From NCBI GenBank assembly GCA_964595645.1, contig CAZQQT010000002.1, forward strand, positions 1-64,000: a stretch of 64,000 nucleotides of DNA, given 5' to 3'. This document shows, piece by piece, positions 1 through 10,188 of this stretch. Source of the DNA: an uncultured Thermococci archaeon (GTDB taxonomy: Archaea > Methanobacteriota_B > Thermococci > Methanofastidiosales > B48-G16). The position numbers and the translations under genes were made by a program. The notes below the pieces were generated by a model. It worked only from the letters and a program-made list of their open reading frames with translations, ran no database searches and was not told the origin of the DNA. Positions within the stretch are counted from its first letter, which is position 1, and the number at the start of each line of letters is the position of its first letter.

Positions 1-55
1 TGGAGTGTCCGGGTGCACCGCCTACATCTGCCTTGATTACTGATACAGTGACCAT
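1..55 (-). CDS. fbp: Bifunctional fructose-1,6-bisphosphate aldolase/phosphatase (class V FBPase), 5' end only; runs off the window
   Basis: Manual translation from ATG at 55: MVTVSVIKADVGGAPGHS, the SVIKADxGGxxGH N-terminal signature; GGTGA SD and TTTTATA box upstream. Confidence 0.85.
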   Translation of the reverse strand, partial: MVTVSVIKADVGGAPGHS

Positions 56-145
56 TGATTTCACCAAAGTGATCTCTTTTTAGAGGTATAAAAGGTTACG
101 TATCGAAAGTGTTTTTAAGGAAAGATACGAGGAGATACTATAGAG

Positions 146-219
146 GGGCCCGTGGTCTAGTTGGTTATGACGTCGCCCTTACAAGGCGGAGGTCCTGAGT
201 TCAAATCTCAGCGGGCCCA
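146..219 (+). tRNA. tRNA-Val (anticodon TAC), no intron, no encoded CCA
   Basis: GGGCCCG/CGGGCCC acceptor stem; anticodon arm TCGCC-CTTACAA-GGCGG; T-loop GTTCAAATC. Confidence 0.96.
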
Positions 220-228
220 CTGTCTTAC

Positions 229-1101
229 TTATGATCCCCTAATAGGACAGTAAAGATCCAAAATCAATTCTTCTTCGGAAGCCTCTGGATCATGTGCTTT
301 CTCTAAACACTGATGGCTGCCCATTGTATATTTACTGGATTCAACCCAGTCAACAAGCCTTTTCCATGACTCGAGATATCCTTTTTCCTTGAAAAACTCT
401 GATTGCAGTTCTTCTTTCAAATTACATGTAGTAACAGCGTAGAGACCTCCGCCAAAATCTTTGATCGTTACTTCATCGCTTTTCATTTCGGCATCAACAC
501 GTATCCAGAACTCGTATCCGTACTCTTTTTTGTTAGGTGACGGATCTGGGTTATTAAAACCGAAGACAGGATGATCCTTCAAGTCCTCCAACAATCCCCT
601 TGGCTCAGCCCACGCACGCATCTTTTCCCATGCGTCATGTTCAGGTGACTCACTGATAGCTTGAACACTGGCAACACGCATAGGAGGAAGTTCCACAATT
701 TTAACAGTAAATTCTTTCATGTCTTTTCCCTCCTTGCTGTGAATTTTTTGGATGTATTTCGCTCTTTTCGCTGATTCTCGTTCTTTCCTTCTCTTAGATT
801 CGGCATATGCCACTCCAATAACCTTCAGAAGTTCTCTCCCGTCACGACTCAGTTTATAGTGTCCTCTCTTCACATGGTTCAAAACATCTGCCTTCACGAG
901 AAGTCCAAGATGGTGTGCCAGTGCAGTCTTGCCCAGTTCTGTGGCCTCTTGTAGTTCACTGAAGGTTCTAGGTCTTTTCAGAAGCGAAGTGAGTATCTGG
1001 AGTCTTTTGGTGTTGCCAAGAGTGTTCAAAATGAAAGCGATGTCATTATCATAGGTACGTAGAGTCTTGTTGATCATTTCATTTGAGCGGCTCGCATCCA
1101 T
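229..1101 (-). CDS. ArsR-type winged-helix regulator fused to a GyrI-like effector-binding domain
   Basis: N-half LGNTKRLQILTSL...LAHHLGLL (ArsR HTH); C-half VKIVELPPMRVAS...GGLYAV...DLYCPI (GyrI-like). Confidence 0.8.
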   Translation of the reverse strand: MDASRSNEMINKTLRTYDNDIAFILNTLGNTKRLQILTSLLKRPRTFSELQEATELGKTALAHHLGLLVKADVLNHVKRGHYKLSRDGRELLKVIGVAYAESKRRKERESAKRAKYIQKIHSKEGKDMKEFTVKIVELPPMRVASVQAISESPEHDAWEKMRAWAEPRGLLEDLKDHPVFGFNNPDPSPNKKEYGYEFWIRVDAEMKSDEVTIKDFGGGLYAVTTCNLKEELQSEFFKEKGYLESWKRLVDWVESSKYTMGSHQCLEKAHDPEASEEELILDLYCPIRGS

Positions 1102-1267
1102 GGACTATCCTTCTACCTTTCTTTTATAAATGTTTTGATTATTATTGAACAGTAGTTCTAATTTCACTGAATAAATATACTATACGTTCCTCCTACTCCC
1201 GTTGCCTGTGATAAAAAAAGCTCCCACTTCACGTCAATTTTTCGGCGTTTTTAATATTGTGACGGTA

Positions 1268-1714
1268 TTAGTCTTCTTCCTCCATGTCGACGACAAGCAC
1301 AGGAACAGGTGCGTGTCGTACTACCTTCTCGGTCACGCTTCCCAGAAGAAGTGATACAATCCCACTTCTGCCGAGGGTCCCCATCACGATAAGATCGTGT
1401 TTTTTGGCCTCCTCGAGTATTTTGTTGGTGGGGTGTCCTACCACTACTTTCGGTACCACCTCTACTCCTATTTCCTTCCCTTGTTCTACGACCTGTTTCA
1501 CGATCTCCTCCCCAGCTTCTTTATGATCCTCTATTTGCTCTTCCGTAACCGATGGAGGAACGGTGCTCATTGGTGGGGTGTACAACACCTCTACCTCCGT
1601 CACATACAGTGCAGTGACCGTAGCTCCTAGTTCTTTGGCCAGCGTGAGCCCATGATCCACCGCCTTTTCCGAGTGTTTTGATCCATCTGTGGCAATTAAG
1701 ATTTTATTATACAT
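1268..1714 (-). CDS. Universal stress protein (UspA family)
   Basis: YNKILIATDGS start; DLIVMGTLGRSG...LLGSVTEKVVRHAPVPVLVV. Confidence 0.93.
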   Translation of the reverse strand: MYNKILIATDGSKHSEKAVDHGLTLAKELGATVTALYVTEVEVLYTPPMSTVPPSVTEEQIEDHKEAGEEIVKQVVEQGKEIGVEVVPKVVVGHPTNKILEEAKKHDLIVMGTLGRSGIVSLLLGSVTEKVVRHAPVPVLVVDMEEED

Positions 1715-1769
1715 CTATAAAATATCTCTCATGAAGATATAAATAATTTTCTGGACTCTCGGATCTGAT

Positions 1770-2653
1770 CTATCTACCCATTGGAAGAGAAATATCTACT
1801 TTTTTTAATATTTCAGTACTTGGCATCTTCGTGAGTGTGCATATATCATTACCTTCGCCAATAAGACGTTCGATAAGTCGTGATCCCACATAGTACGCCA
1901 TTTTTGCAGGGGTGTTGTTGATCCACCCCGTTGGAGTACCAGAAAAATATTATTTCATTAACACTGGTGTCACAGGATCCTCCCATACCTGACCCACTTT
2001 TTCATATATTCCTTCTCATTCTTATAACAGTACTCTCCCACGTCTTTCGGCATCATGCCTGCTTCTACAACAGAAAGAGGTGTTATCTCCTTACCTTTAA
2101 GTAACAGCGGGAAAAGCGTGCCAAGTCCTTCCATTATTGTGAGCTGTTTGCATTTCACTGTGGTGATTTCCTCAAACACCTCTGGAAGCGCAGTCATCCG
2201 CACAAGATGGTTGTACTCATGGGGTACGAAATACTCCAACTGCTCTAGAGAACGGTACATTTCAAGTCCAAAGTACAGGACCGGGCCTTCTTCCAACGGG
2301 AGCGATGTTCCATCGATTGATCCGAAACCTATAAGAAAGTACACATCAAAATCGTTATCTGCATCACAGCTATTCCTACAAGAGGCTAACAGTTCACGTG
2401 TTTTGTTCATGCCCTTATCCTTTATGAACTTATTCGCGTTAACCAGAAATCGATCGAAATCCATCGCTTCTACCATGTCCCTCGCTTCATCGACATTTTT
2501 TCTCCAAAATATATGAAGCATTGCGGAAAAAACATTCTGATAGTGTGGGAAGTAGTAATTACGCCATGAATACCATTTCCCCTCTTTTTTCATACGGTTA
2601 AGGCATTGTGTAAATTTTTCTATGCCTACTGTGTACGTAATGTCCCCTTCCAT
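1770..2653 (-). pseudogene. DUF2268-like putative Zn-dependent protease, disrupted
   Basis: HEYNH...EGLG zinc motif in ORF 1970-2653; C-terminus continues in another frame after ~2005 (YEKVGQVWEDP...MK*YFSG...MAYYVGSRLIE...EILKK) with an internal TAA at 1950-1952, ending at TAG 1770. Confidence 0.7.
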
Positions 2654-2741
2654 ACATAATACTTCGTGTTCTTCATAAAAACGTTTTTACTCATGAAAAA
2701 AACCGATCCCTTTATAAACGCTTTTTTCACTAATATTATTA

Positions 2742-3701
2742 ATGAAAAAAATCGTTGCGACGACAAAAAAAGAGGATATGGACAAAATAACACCTCTCTT
2801 GAAGGAAAAAGTCTATTTTACCAGAGAGGAGAACTCATTAGTGAGAATCATCATTTACGTCCGCGACGAGGATCTCGATGAGTTAATAGAAAATCTCAAG
2901 AAATGTATCGACCTCCGGTACAAAGAAACAATGATCGAGGTATACACTCCTGATTTTATCGTCTCTCCCGTCCTCGCCCGTGATAAAGAAGAGAAGGAGC
3001 GAAGAAAGAAAACACCCGTTGAAGAACTTATAGACTCCACGCGCCCTCACTTAGAACTTGATATCAGCAAGATAGCTCTCACTTCTGTCGCCGGTATTAT
3101 CGCATTAACGGGCCTTTTTATGAATAGTGTCGCGATAATCATCGGCGCCATGCTCCTCGCCCCTCTACTAGGTCCGATTTATGCATTCGCCATCAGCACA
3201 GCAGTAGGAAAAGTAAAAAACGCCGTGAAAGGTATCGTGAATATAGGCGTACTCGTCTCGATGGTGATAATGTTCTCCTTTTTAAGTACCGTAGCAATCT
3301 CCTCCTTTATTGACCTCTCCCTCACCCCAGAAATTCAGAGTAGAATGGACGCCAATCCCATCTACATGATCATGGCCATCCTCCTTGGGTTCGCCTCTGT
3401 CTTCGCTATCTCCAGAAACATCCCAGAGAGCATTGCAGGAATCGCTATTGCCGCTGCACTTCTTCCTCCAGCCGTAGTTACCGGGATTTCCTTCGCGTTA
3501 TACCTCTCTCAGGCCACACAGCCTCTCCTCCTCACCTTTGAAAACATTCTTGGATTGATGGCGGGAAGTCTGTTTGCCACCTTACTTCTAGGTGTTGAAC
3601 CGCGGTATAGAAAGGCTGCTGCCCGGCGATCGATCCTTCGGACCATCGTGATCCTCGTCTCGCTGCTCTTTCTCATTTATCTATCATACCAGCTGCTGTA
3701 G
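2742..3701 (+). CDS. DUF389 (TIGR00341-type) membrane protein
   Basis: AIIIGAMLLAPLLGP and GIAIAAALLPPA motifs; several TM segments after a soluble N-domain. Confidence 0.85.
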   Translation: MKKIVATTKKEDMDKITPLLKEKVYFTREENSLVRIIIYVRDEDLDELIENLKKCIDLRYKETMIEVYTPDFIVSPVLARDKEEKERRKKTPVEELIDSTRPHLELDISKIALTSVAGIIALTGLFMNSVAIIIGAMLLAPLLGPIYAFAISTAVGKVKNAVKGIVNIGVLVSMVIMFSFLSTVAISSFIDLSLTPEIQSRMDANPIYMIMAILLGFASVFAISRNIPESIAGIAIAAALLPPAVVTGISFALYLSQATQPLLLTFENILGLMAGSLFATLLLGVEPRYRKAAARRSILRTIVILVSLLFLIYLSYQLL

Positions 3702-3826
3702 CACTACTCCATCTCCAATGCGGGCTCTCCCAGAAATTAATAAGAATAAGTAACCTTCTCATGATTCTCTATATCTTGTTCCAAAAAAGATAGAAAAAAA
3801 GAGTGATAGTATTTTATTCCTTTATC

Positions 3827-4030
3827 TTATCTCTTTACCTTAAAAGCAATCTTTACCTGAGCCTTATACCGTACAATCTCGTTGTTCTCTACCACTGCCT
3901 TATGACCCACAACATCTATTCCCACAATGTTATTCACCGTTTTTGCGGCATCGTTCAGTGCATTTTCCACGGCATCTTCCCAACTTTCTTCAGAGCTCCC
4001 CACGAGCTCAATTATTTTAACCGTACTCAT
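3827..4030 (-). CDS. Dodecin (flavin-binding)
   Basis: KIIELVGSSEESWEDAVENA...YKAQVKIAF, 67 aa; GGTGAG SD. Confidence 0.92.
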   Translation of the reverse strand: MSTVKIIELVGSSEESWEDAVENALNDAAKTVNNIVGIDVVGHKAVVENNEIVRYKAQVKIAFKVKR

Positions 4031-4096
4031 CTTTACTCACCTATATCACTATATGTTCTCACCATTAATATACTTTTCCTTCGGCTCTCTATTTCC

Positions 4097-5263
4097 TTAA
4101 CCACTGCAGAAATCGATCGTTGTTTTTGCGAGAATTTCAGCGAGTGTTACGACAGAATCGATTTCTACATACTCAACAGCTGCATGGAGCCCTTTTCCTC
4201 TGGATCCAAAGAGCACTGCCGGAATTCCCGCATCATCTAACAATCCAGCGTCTGTCCAGAAACTCATCCCTGTGAACCTTGGATCCTTATGAAACGTATG
4301 AGCGTACACTCCCTTTAGTGATTTTATGATTTGTTCCTTTTTAGAGGTTTCGAGAGGTGTACGATGAAAAAAAACATCGAAATCAGCGTTAAAGTTTTCA
4401 TCGCCACTTGAAATCTTTTTTATAATATTTTTCATATCATTTATAATGGTTTCATGTGTTTCTCCAGGTAAAATCCGTCTCTCCAGCACTATTTTGCAAT
4501 GATCGGGGTAACTGCTGAGACCTATCCCTCCTTCAATTAAGGAGGCATGGATTGAAGCCGGACCGAGAAGAGGATGGTTTTTTTCATTCTGGAGCTGTTG
4601 GTCCATTTTCTCTATTTCTGTGAGGAATTTTCCAGCCTTCATAATTGCGTCGACACCTTCATTGGGTCTGCTCCCGTGGGCCGCCTTTCCGAAGGTCTCC
4701 ACATTGATCCACGCAAATCCTTTGTGTGCAACTCCAATCGTCAGATCGGTGGGCTCACAGACGATAGCTGCATCGGCGGTGTACGTCTCTACCAACGCCT
4801 CTGTTCCGATACTCTTATGTTCCTCATCCACCACAAATGCAAGAATGAGATCTCCCTGAAGTTCAATATTGGTATCACGTATTGCCTTCGCCGCCATGAT
4901 CATTGCTGCCAGTGCCGCTTTCATATCGATACTCCCTCTCCCGTACAGCCTTCCCTTTTCACAGACAGGGATAAAGGGATCGATCTCCATTCCTTCTGTA
5001 CTCACTGTATCAGTATGGCCGTTGAGCATGAGTGTTCTCCCATCACCTGTTCCCTGAATAATGCCAATCACATTTCTTCTCCCAGGAGCCACCTCTTGAG
5101 TTTCTACATTGAGTCCTATTTCCTTCAGTTTTTTTTCGAGGTACGTAGCAATCTCCGCCTCCCCCGCTCCTCCCTCAACGAGTGAAGGGTTCGTTGAATC
5201 TATTCTCACCAGATCTTTCGCCAGTTCCACCAACGATTCCTCATCGATCATAATATCCTTCAT
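4097..5263 (-). CDS. M20 family amidohydrolase (ArgE/DapE-like deacylase)
   Basis: LNGHTDTV, GRGSIDMK, VDEE, CEPT, GLHAAVE motifs; start reassigned to ATG 5263 (or 5251). Confidence 0.88.
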   Translation of the reverse strand: MKDIMIDEESLVELAKDLVRIDSTNPSLVEGGAGEAEIATYLEKKLKEIGLNVETQEVAPGRRNVIGIIQGTGDGRTLMLNGHTDTVSTEGMEIDPFIPVCEKGRLYGRGSIDMKAALAAMIMAAKAIRDTNIELQGDLILAFVVDEEHKSIGTEALVETYTADAAIVCEPTDLTIGVAHKGFAWINVETFGKAAHGSRPNEGVDAIMKAGKFLTEIEKMDQQLQNEKNHPLLGPASIHASLIEGGIGLSSYPDHCKIVLERRILPGETHETIINDMKNIIKKISSGDENFNADFDVFFHRTPLETSKKEQIIKSLKGVYAHTFHKDPRFTGMSFWTDAGLLDDAGIPAVLFGSRGKGLHAAVEYVEIDSVVTLAEILAKTTIDFCSG

Positions 5264-5348
5264 AGTCTCGTTTCTCTGGTCAGTGATAAAAACATTTTGT
5301 CCAAAAATGCCAAAGCCTTTAAATAGTATTACAAGAAAAACGGTATAA

Positions 5349-6272
5349 ATGATGGAGAAGAGAAAGCTAGGCATTGTGCTCTTGTTTGTTGTGCTCACAA
5401 GTATTTTATGGATTGGAAACTCACAGTATCCTCATATATATCTTAAAAGGGGGTTTCGTACACTTTTTGTGCTTACAATCATCTATTTTATCTTTAAATG
5501 TGTATTTGAAGAGATTGTAAGTAGGAGAATAGAAGATGCAAAAACACAGTACACGTTTAAGAAAACAATCTCGATTCTCTACGTGGCCTTTGTCCTGCTT
5601 GCAGTAGTACGAATATGGGTGGAAGAAACGCAGACATTGCTGGTGACATACGGACTGGTCGCCACGGGTATTGCAATCTCATTACAGGACTTTTTTAAAA
5701 ATTTCGCCGGAGGAATCATCATCTTTTCCACCGGTATCTATAGGATCGGGGATAGAATAGAGGTTGATTCAACGTACGGTGATGTGATCGACATCAGTAT
5801 TCTCTACACTACACTTCTCGAGATGAAAAAAGGAGGAGGGGATCAGGCAACGGGGGGACTCACCATCGTCCCCAACGGATACGTGCTCTCCAAGATGATA
5901 GATAACTACACAAAGGACAACAGCTTTGTCTGGGACGAAATAGAGATCCCTCTCACCTATGAGAGTAACAAAGAAAAGGCAATTACAAAAATACTCGATA
6001 TCGCAAAAAAAGAGACAGTAGATATGAGTGAAAAAGCGAAAAGAGAACTTCTAGATCTAAAATCAAAATACTACCTCGCTGAGAAAGATGTAGAACCTAC
6101 AGTGTATACAACGATGGGTGAGGAACAAGTAACAATCGTCCTCCGCTATATTACAGATATCAAGGAGCGAGGATCGGTTCGAAGTAAACTCACGCAATTA
6201 ATTTTTGAGGAGATTCATCGTTCAAAGGATCTCTCATTGGCCGTTCCTCCTGAAACGATCCAAAAGAAATAA
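5349..6272 (+). CDS. Small-conductance mechanosensitive channel (MscS family)
   Basis: GIAISLQDFFKNFAGG TM3; YRIGDRIEV...GDVIDI; IVPNG. Confidence 0.88.
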   Translation: MMEKRKLGIVLLFVVLTSILWIGNSQYPHIYLKRGFRTLFVLTIIYFIFKCVFEEIVSRRIEDAKTQYTFKKTISILYVAFVLLAVVRIWVEETQTLLVTYGLVATGIAISLQDFFKNFAGGIIIFSTGIYRIGDRIEVDSTYGDVIDISILYTTLLEMKKGGGDQATGGLTIVPNGYVLSKMIDNYTKDNSFVWDEIEIPLTYESNKEKAITKILDIAKKETVDMSEKAKRELLDLKSKYYLAEKDVEPTVYTTMGEEQVTIVLRYITDIKERGSVRSKLTQLIFEEIHRSKDLSLAVPPETIQKK

Positions 6273-6323
6273 TTCTTTATGAAAGTCTAAAGATATTTAT
6301 ATTTCCTCTTCCTCAGTGATCAC

Positions 6324-7547
6324 ATGGACCATATACTCATTCAAAAATTCCTCATTTCCATTGCACTAGGTGCACTCCTCGGTACAGAACGGGAGATATC
6401 GAAATCACGTTCGGGAGAAAAAGTAGCTGGTGTGCGAACTTTCTCACTTATCGCTCTTCTCGGTACCACTCTCGCCCATCTATCGCAGGAGTATACCTTT
6501 CTCCTCATCGTAGGAACTGCCGTTTTCGGTCTTTTGATCGTGGCAGGCTACTGGATAATCGGAAGAGAGGACGTGGGGATGACGACGGAGGTTGGATCAC
6601 TGATTACCTTCTTCTTGGGAATCCTCTGCTACACGGAAACAGGAGTGACAGTGATCCTCGCTATCTTCGTGGGAATTATATTCGCCGTCAAACAACACCT
6701 TCACAGGATCATCCAGAAAATCAGTGAAGAAGAACTGATGGATATCTTCAAATTTGCACTGATCGCGCTTGTTATCCTCCCCTTTCTTCCGAATAAACCG
6801 ATCGATCCTTTCAATGTTCTAAATCCATACAAAGTATGGCTCCTTGTCGTCTTTGTTTCTGGAATCGGATTTGTGGGATATTTCCTCATAAAGATTTTCG
6901 GTGCGAAAAGCGGGATAGAGCTCACAGGCGTTCTCGGCGGTCTCGTGTCCAGTACCGCGGTCACTGCAACAATGTCCAATCGCTCGAAGGAGTCCTCTGA
7001 AATTCTCTTCCCCGCAGTGTTCGCCACCATCATCGCCAATGCGATTATGTTTCCACGGATTCTCGTGGAGATCTTCGTGGTAAACCGTACGCTTCTTCAC
7101 GATCTCATCGCCCCCATGGTCGCGATGGGCCTTACAGGGATAGCATGTGCCCTATACTTCTGGAACAAGAAAGTTCCTTCAAAAATTGATGTGGATCTGA
7201 AGGATCCCTTCACATTATCACCGGCATTAAAATTTGGTGCCTTCTTCGCATTTATTCTTATGGTATCAAAACTTGCATCTTCCTACTTTGGGAATATAGG
7301 TGTCTACGCCACTAGCGCACTCTCCGGTCTCGCCGATGTCGACGCCATCACGCTCTCTATGGCCACACTGGCAGAAGAAGAAATTTCTCATGGTACTGCG
7401 ATTAATGCTATTATTCTCGCGGCTATCTCTAATATAGTAACAAAGACTGGGATAGCACTTCTTTTTGGTTCAAAAGAGTTTAAAAAACGTATTGTATTAA
7501 GTTCTTTAGCAGTAATTATAGTAGGTGTTCTGGTAATACTATTGTAA
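6324..7547 (+). CDS. MgtC/SapB family protein with C-terminal DUF4010-type domain
   Basis: LLGTERE...AGVRTF; GMTTE; GGLVSSTAVT; SGLADVDAI. Confidence 0.88.
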   Translation: MDHILIQKFLISIALGALLGTEREISKSRSGEKVAGVRTFSLIALLGTTLAHLSQEYTFLLIVGTAVFGLLIVAGYWIIGREDVGMTTEVGSLITFFLGILCYTETGVTVILAIFVGIIFAVKQHLHRIIQKISEEELMDIFKFALIALVILPFLPNKPIDPFNVLNPYKVWLLVVFVSGIGFVGYFLIKIFGAKSGIELTGVLGGLVSSTAVTATMSNRSKESSEILFPAVFATIIANAIMFPRILVEIFVVNRTLLHDLIAPMVAMGLTGIACALYFWNKKVPSKIDVDLKDPFTLSPALKFGAFFAFILMVSKLASSYFGNIGVYATSALSGLADVDAITLSMATLAEEEISHGTAINAIILAAISNIVTKTGIALLFGSKEFKKRIVLSSLAVIIVGVLVILL

Positions 7548-7591
7548 CTCTGATGGAAAAGATTTTAAGAAAAGAATTACTTATATATAGT

Positions 7592-8017
7592 ATGAGTATT
7601 ATCGATCCCATGAGTCCCATTTACTTAGGAAGAATCCTGCTCTCTATATTGCTTGGGGGGATAGTAGGGTTCGAACGAGAAGTCACCAAGAAACCGGCAG
7701 GAGTGAGAACGCATATGCTTGTGTGTATGGGATCATGTCTGTTCACCATCTCTTCTTTCTACCTGATACCCTCCCCAGAACACGCATTGACCACGGCAGA
7801 TATGACAAGAATCGCGGCGGCGATAGTTGCGGGGATTGGATTTATCGGTGCAGGCAGTATTATTGCCAGAAGAGAACGTGTCAAAGGATTGACCACGGCA
7901 GCGAGCCTCTGGGTTGTTGCTGCAGTAGGACTCATGGTGGGAATTGGGGAGTACGTGATCTCTTCCATTGCAGCGGTACTTGCCTTCATTATCCTGGAAC
8001 TGGGGAGATTGGAGTAG
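7592..8017 (+). CDS. MgtC/SapB family protein (short form)
   Basis: GFERE...AGVRTH; RIAAAIVAGIGFIGAG; GLTTAASLW; start 7592 or 7610. Confidence 0.88.
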   Translation: MSIIDPMSPIYLGRILLSILLGGIVGFEREVTKKPAGVRTHMLVCMGSCLFTISSFYLIPSPEHALTTADMTRIAAAIVAGIGFIGAGSIIARRERVKGLTTAASLWVVAAVGLMVGIGEYVISSIAAVLAFIILELGRLE

Positions 8018-8051
8018 GTTTAAATATCCTAAAGTACTTGGGAAAAGTAAT

Positions 8052-8966
8052 ATGCCATCAGATGTAACACCATTCGTAAAATGGGCTGGAGGAAAAACAC
8101 AGTTGCTAAATGAACTTGTCCAAAGACTTCCACTATCCATCCATAAAACAAAAACTATAGAACAATACATTGAGCCCTTTGTGGGTGGGGGTGCAATGTT
8201 CTTCTATTTAAAAAGTAACTTTACTGTGAAACACTCCTTTCTATTCGATATAAACAGAGAACTCATTGTTGGTTACAAAGTCATAAAAAATAATCCAAAG
8301 AAACTAATAAAAGGATTAAAAGAAATTGAAGAGGATTATATAAATAAATCGGAAGAAAAAAGGGAAATCTTCTACTATAAAATGAGAGATAAATACAATG
8401 AACAAATGAACGATTTTGACTACCAAATCTACAGTAACGCATGGATAAAAAGAGCAAAATTCCTTATTTTCCTTAATAAAACATGTTACAATGGGCTCTT
8501 CAGACAGAATAAAAAGGGAGAATTTAATGTGCCCTTTGGGAGATATGAAAATCCGACCATCTGTGATGCAGAAAATATCGGTGAAGTGCATAGAGCACTC
8601 ACGGATACAAAAGTATTCTGCAGTGATTTCGCTGAATCTGAGCAGTATATAGAAAAAGGAAGTTTTGTATATCTTGATCCGCCGTACCGTCCAATAAGTA
8701 ATACCTCGAACTTTACCAGCTACGCGAAGGAAGACTTCAATGATGAAGATCAAGAAAGATTAGCCGTATTCTTCAAAAAAATGGATAAAAAAGGCGCGTG
8801 CCTCCTATTGAGCAACTCGGATCCGAAAAACGAAGATCTTGAAGATGATTTTTTCGATGACCTCTACGCTGACTATACTATTGAACGTGTTTCCGCAAAA
8901 CGACATATCAACTGTGATGCATCGAACAGGGGGGAGATCAACGAACTCTTGGTACGAAATTATTAG
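8052..8966 (+). CDS. Dam/D12-class N6-adenine DNA methyltransferase, no adjacent endonuclease
   Basis: PFVKWAGGK, EPFVGGGA, NKTCYNGLFRQN...FNVPFG, DPPY; start reassigned to ATG 8052. Confidence 0.92.
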   Translation: MPSDVTPFVKWAGGKTQLLNELVQRLPLSIHKTKTIEQYIEPFVGGGAMFFYLKSNFTVKHSFLFDINRELIVGYKVIKNNPKKLIKGLKEIEEDYINKSEEKREIFYYKMRDKYNEQMNDFDYQIYSNAWIKRAKFLIFLNKTCYNGLFRQNKKGEFNVPFGRYENPTICDAENIGEVHRALTDTKVFCSDFAESEQYIEKGSFVYLDPPYRPISNTSNFTSYAKEDFNDEDQERLAVFFKKMDKKGACLLLSNSDPKNEDLEDDFFDDLYADYTIERVSAKRHINCDASNRGEINELLVRNY

Positions 8967-8967
8967 C

Positions 8968-10188
8968 TTAAGTTCCCTCTTCCCACGACGCCAGGTATTT
9001 TTTCTGTATTTCGGTTAATTCATCTATAGATACACCAAGAGCGTCGAGTTTTATTCGTGCCACGCGATAATCTATCTTTTTCGGCACGTTGTGTACCTTC
9101 GGTGTGAGATCGTGCTCGAGAATATACGCTGCAGAGAGTGCCTGAATACCGAAGCTCATATCCATGATCTCGATGGCATGGCCATCGGCACAGGCGAGGT
9201 TAACAAGTCTTCCCTCACCCAGAAGATGGAGATATTTCCCCTTGTATTTGTATGTAGTAATATTTTTCCGTGACTCTTCTTTCGGGTAGTTTTCCAAGGT
9301 TTCCACATCTATTTCTATATTGAAGTGTCCAGAGTTGCAGAGAATGGCGTTATCCTTCATGAGGTTAAAGTGATCCTCGGTAACCACATCCCGGCAGCCC
9401 GTGGCAGTAACAAAAATATCACCAATTTTCGCCGCTTCTGCCATGGACATGACTCTGAACCCATCCATATGCGCCTCCAAAGCTTTTATCTCATCGACCT
9501 CAGTCACGATCACATCTGCACCCATTCCTCTCGCCCGCAGTGCGATGCCTCTGCCAACCCAACCGTATCCTGCAACGACGAAATTTTTTCCGGCAAGAAT
9601 GACATTGGTGGTTCGCATTATCCCATCCAATGTGGACTGACCGGTACCATGTCTATTATCGAAGAGATGTTTGCAGTATGCATCGTTCACATTGATCACA
9701 GGAAATTGAAGTTTGCCTTCCTTCTCTAATGCCTTTAATCGTATTACGCCCGTCGTTGTCTCCTCACATCCTCCTTGAGGGTGAACATCTTCTTTATGTG
9801 CGTACGCAATCATATCCGCACCATCATCAATGATAATGTCCGGTGAAAACGCCATCACTGTCTCAAGGTTTTCGTAGTACTCCTCCTCGTTGAGCCCGTG
9901 CCATGCGTACACATCCACTCCCTTCTTTACCAATGCTGCACAAACATCGTCCTGTGTGGACAATGGATTGCTCCCGGTAATCCGTACGTCGGCGCTACCT
10001 GCATAAAATGTCTCTGCTAAAAAGGCTGTTTTTGCCTCAAGATGGAGACACATCCCAATTTTTATATTTTTAAAGGGTTTTTTATCTTCAAATTCGTTTT
10101 TAATGGTGTTCAGAATCGGCATGAACGTTGAAGCCCACTCTATTTTTCTTTTGCCCTCCTCCGCTAATGAGATATCTTTGATGTTCAT
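8968..10188 (-). CDS. ahcY: Adenosylhomocysteinase
   Basis: [40 protein letters not shown]; start reassigned to 10188. Confidence 0.96.
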   Translation of the reverse strand: MNIKDISLAEEGKRKIEWASTFMPILNTIKNEFEDKKPFKNIKIGMCLHLEAKTAFLAETFYAGSADVRITGSNPLSTQDDVCAALVKKGVDVYAWHGLNEEEYYENLETVMAFSPDIIIDDGADMIAYAHKEDVHPQGGCEETTTGVIRLKALEKEGKLQFPVINVNDAYCKHLFDNRHGTGQSTLDGIMRTTNVILAGKNFVVAGYGWVGRGIALRARGMGADVIVTEVDEIKALEAHMDGFRVMSMAEAAKIGDIFVTATGCRDVVTEDHFNLMKDNAILCNSGHFNIEIDVETLENYPKEESRKNITTYKYKGKYLHLLGEGRLVNLACADGHAIEIMDMSFGIQALSAAYILEHDLTPKVHNVPKKIDYRVARIKLDALGVSIDELTEIQKKYLASWEEGT

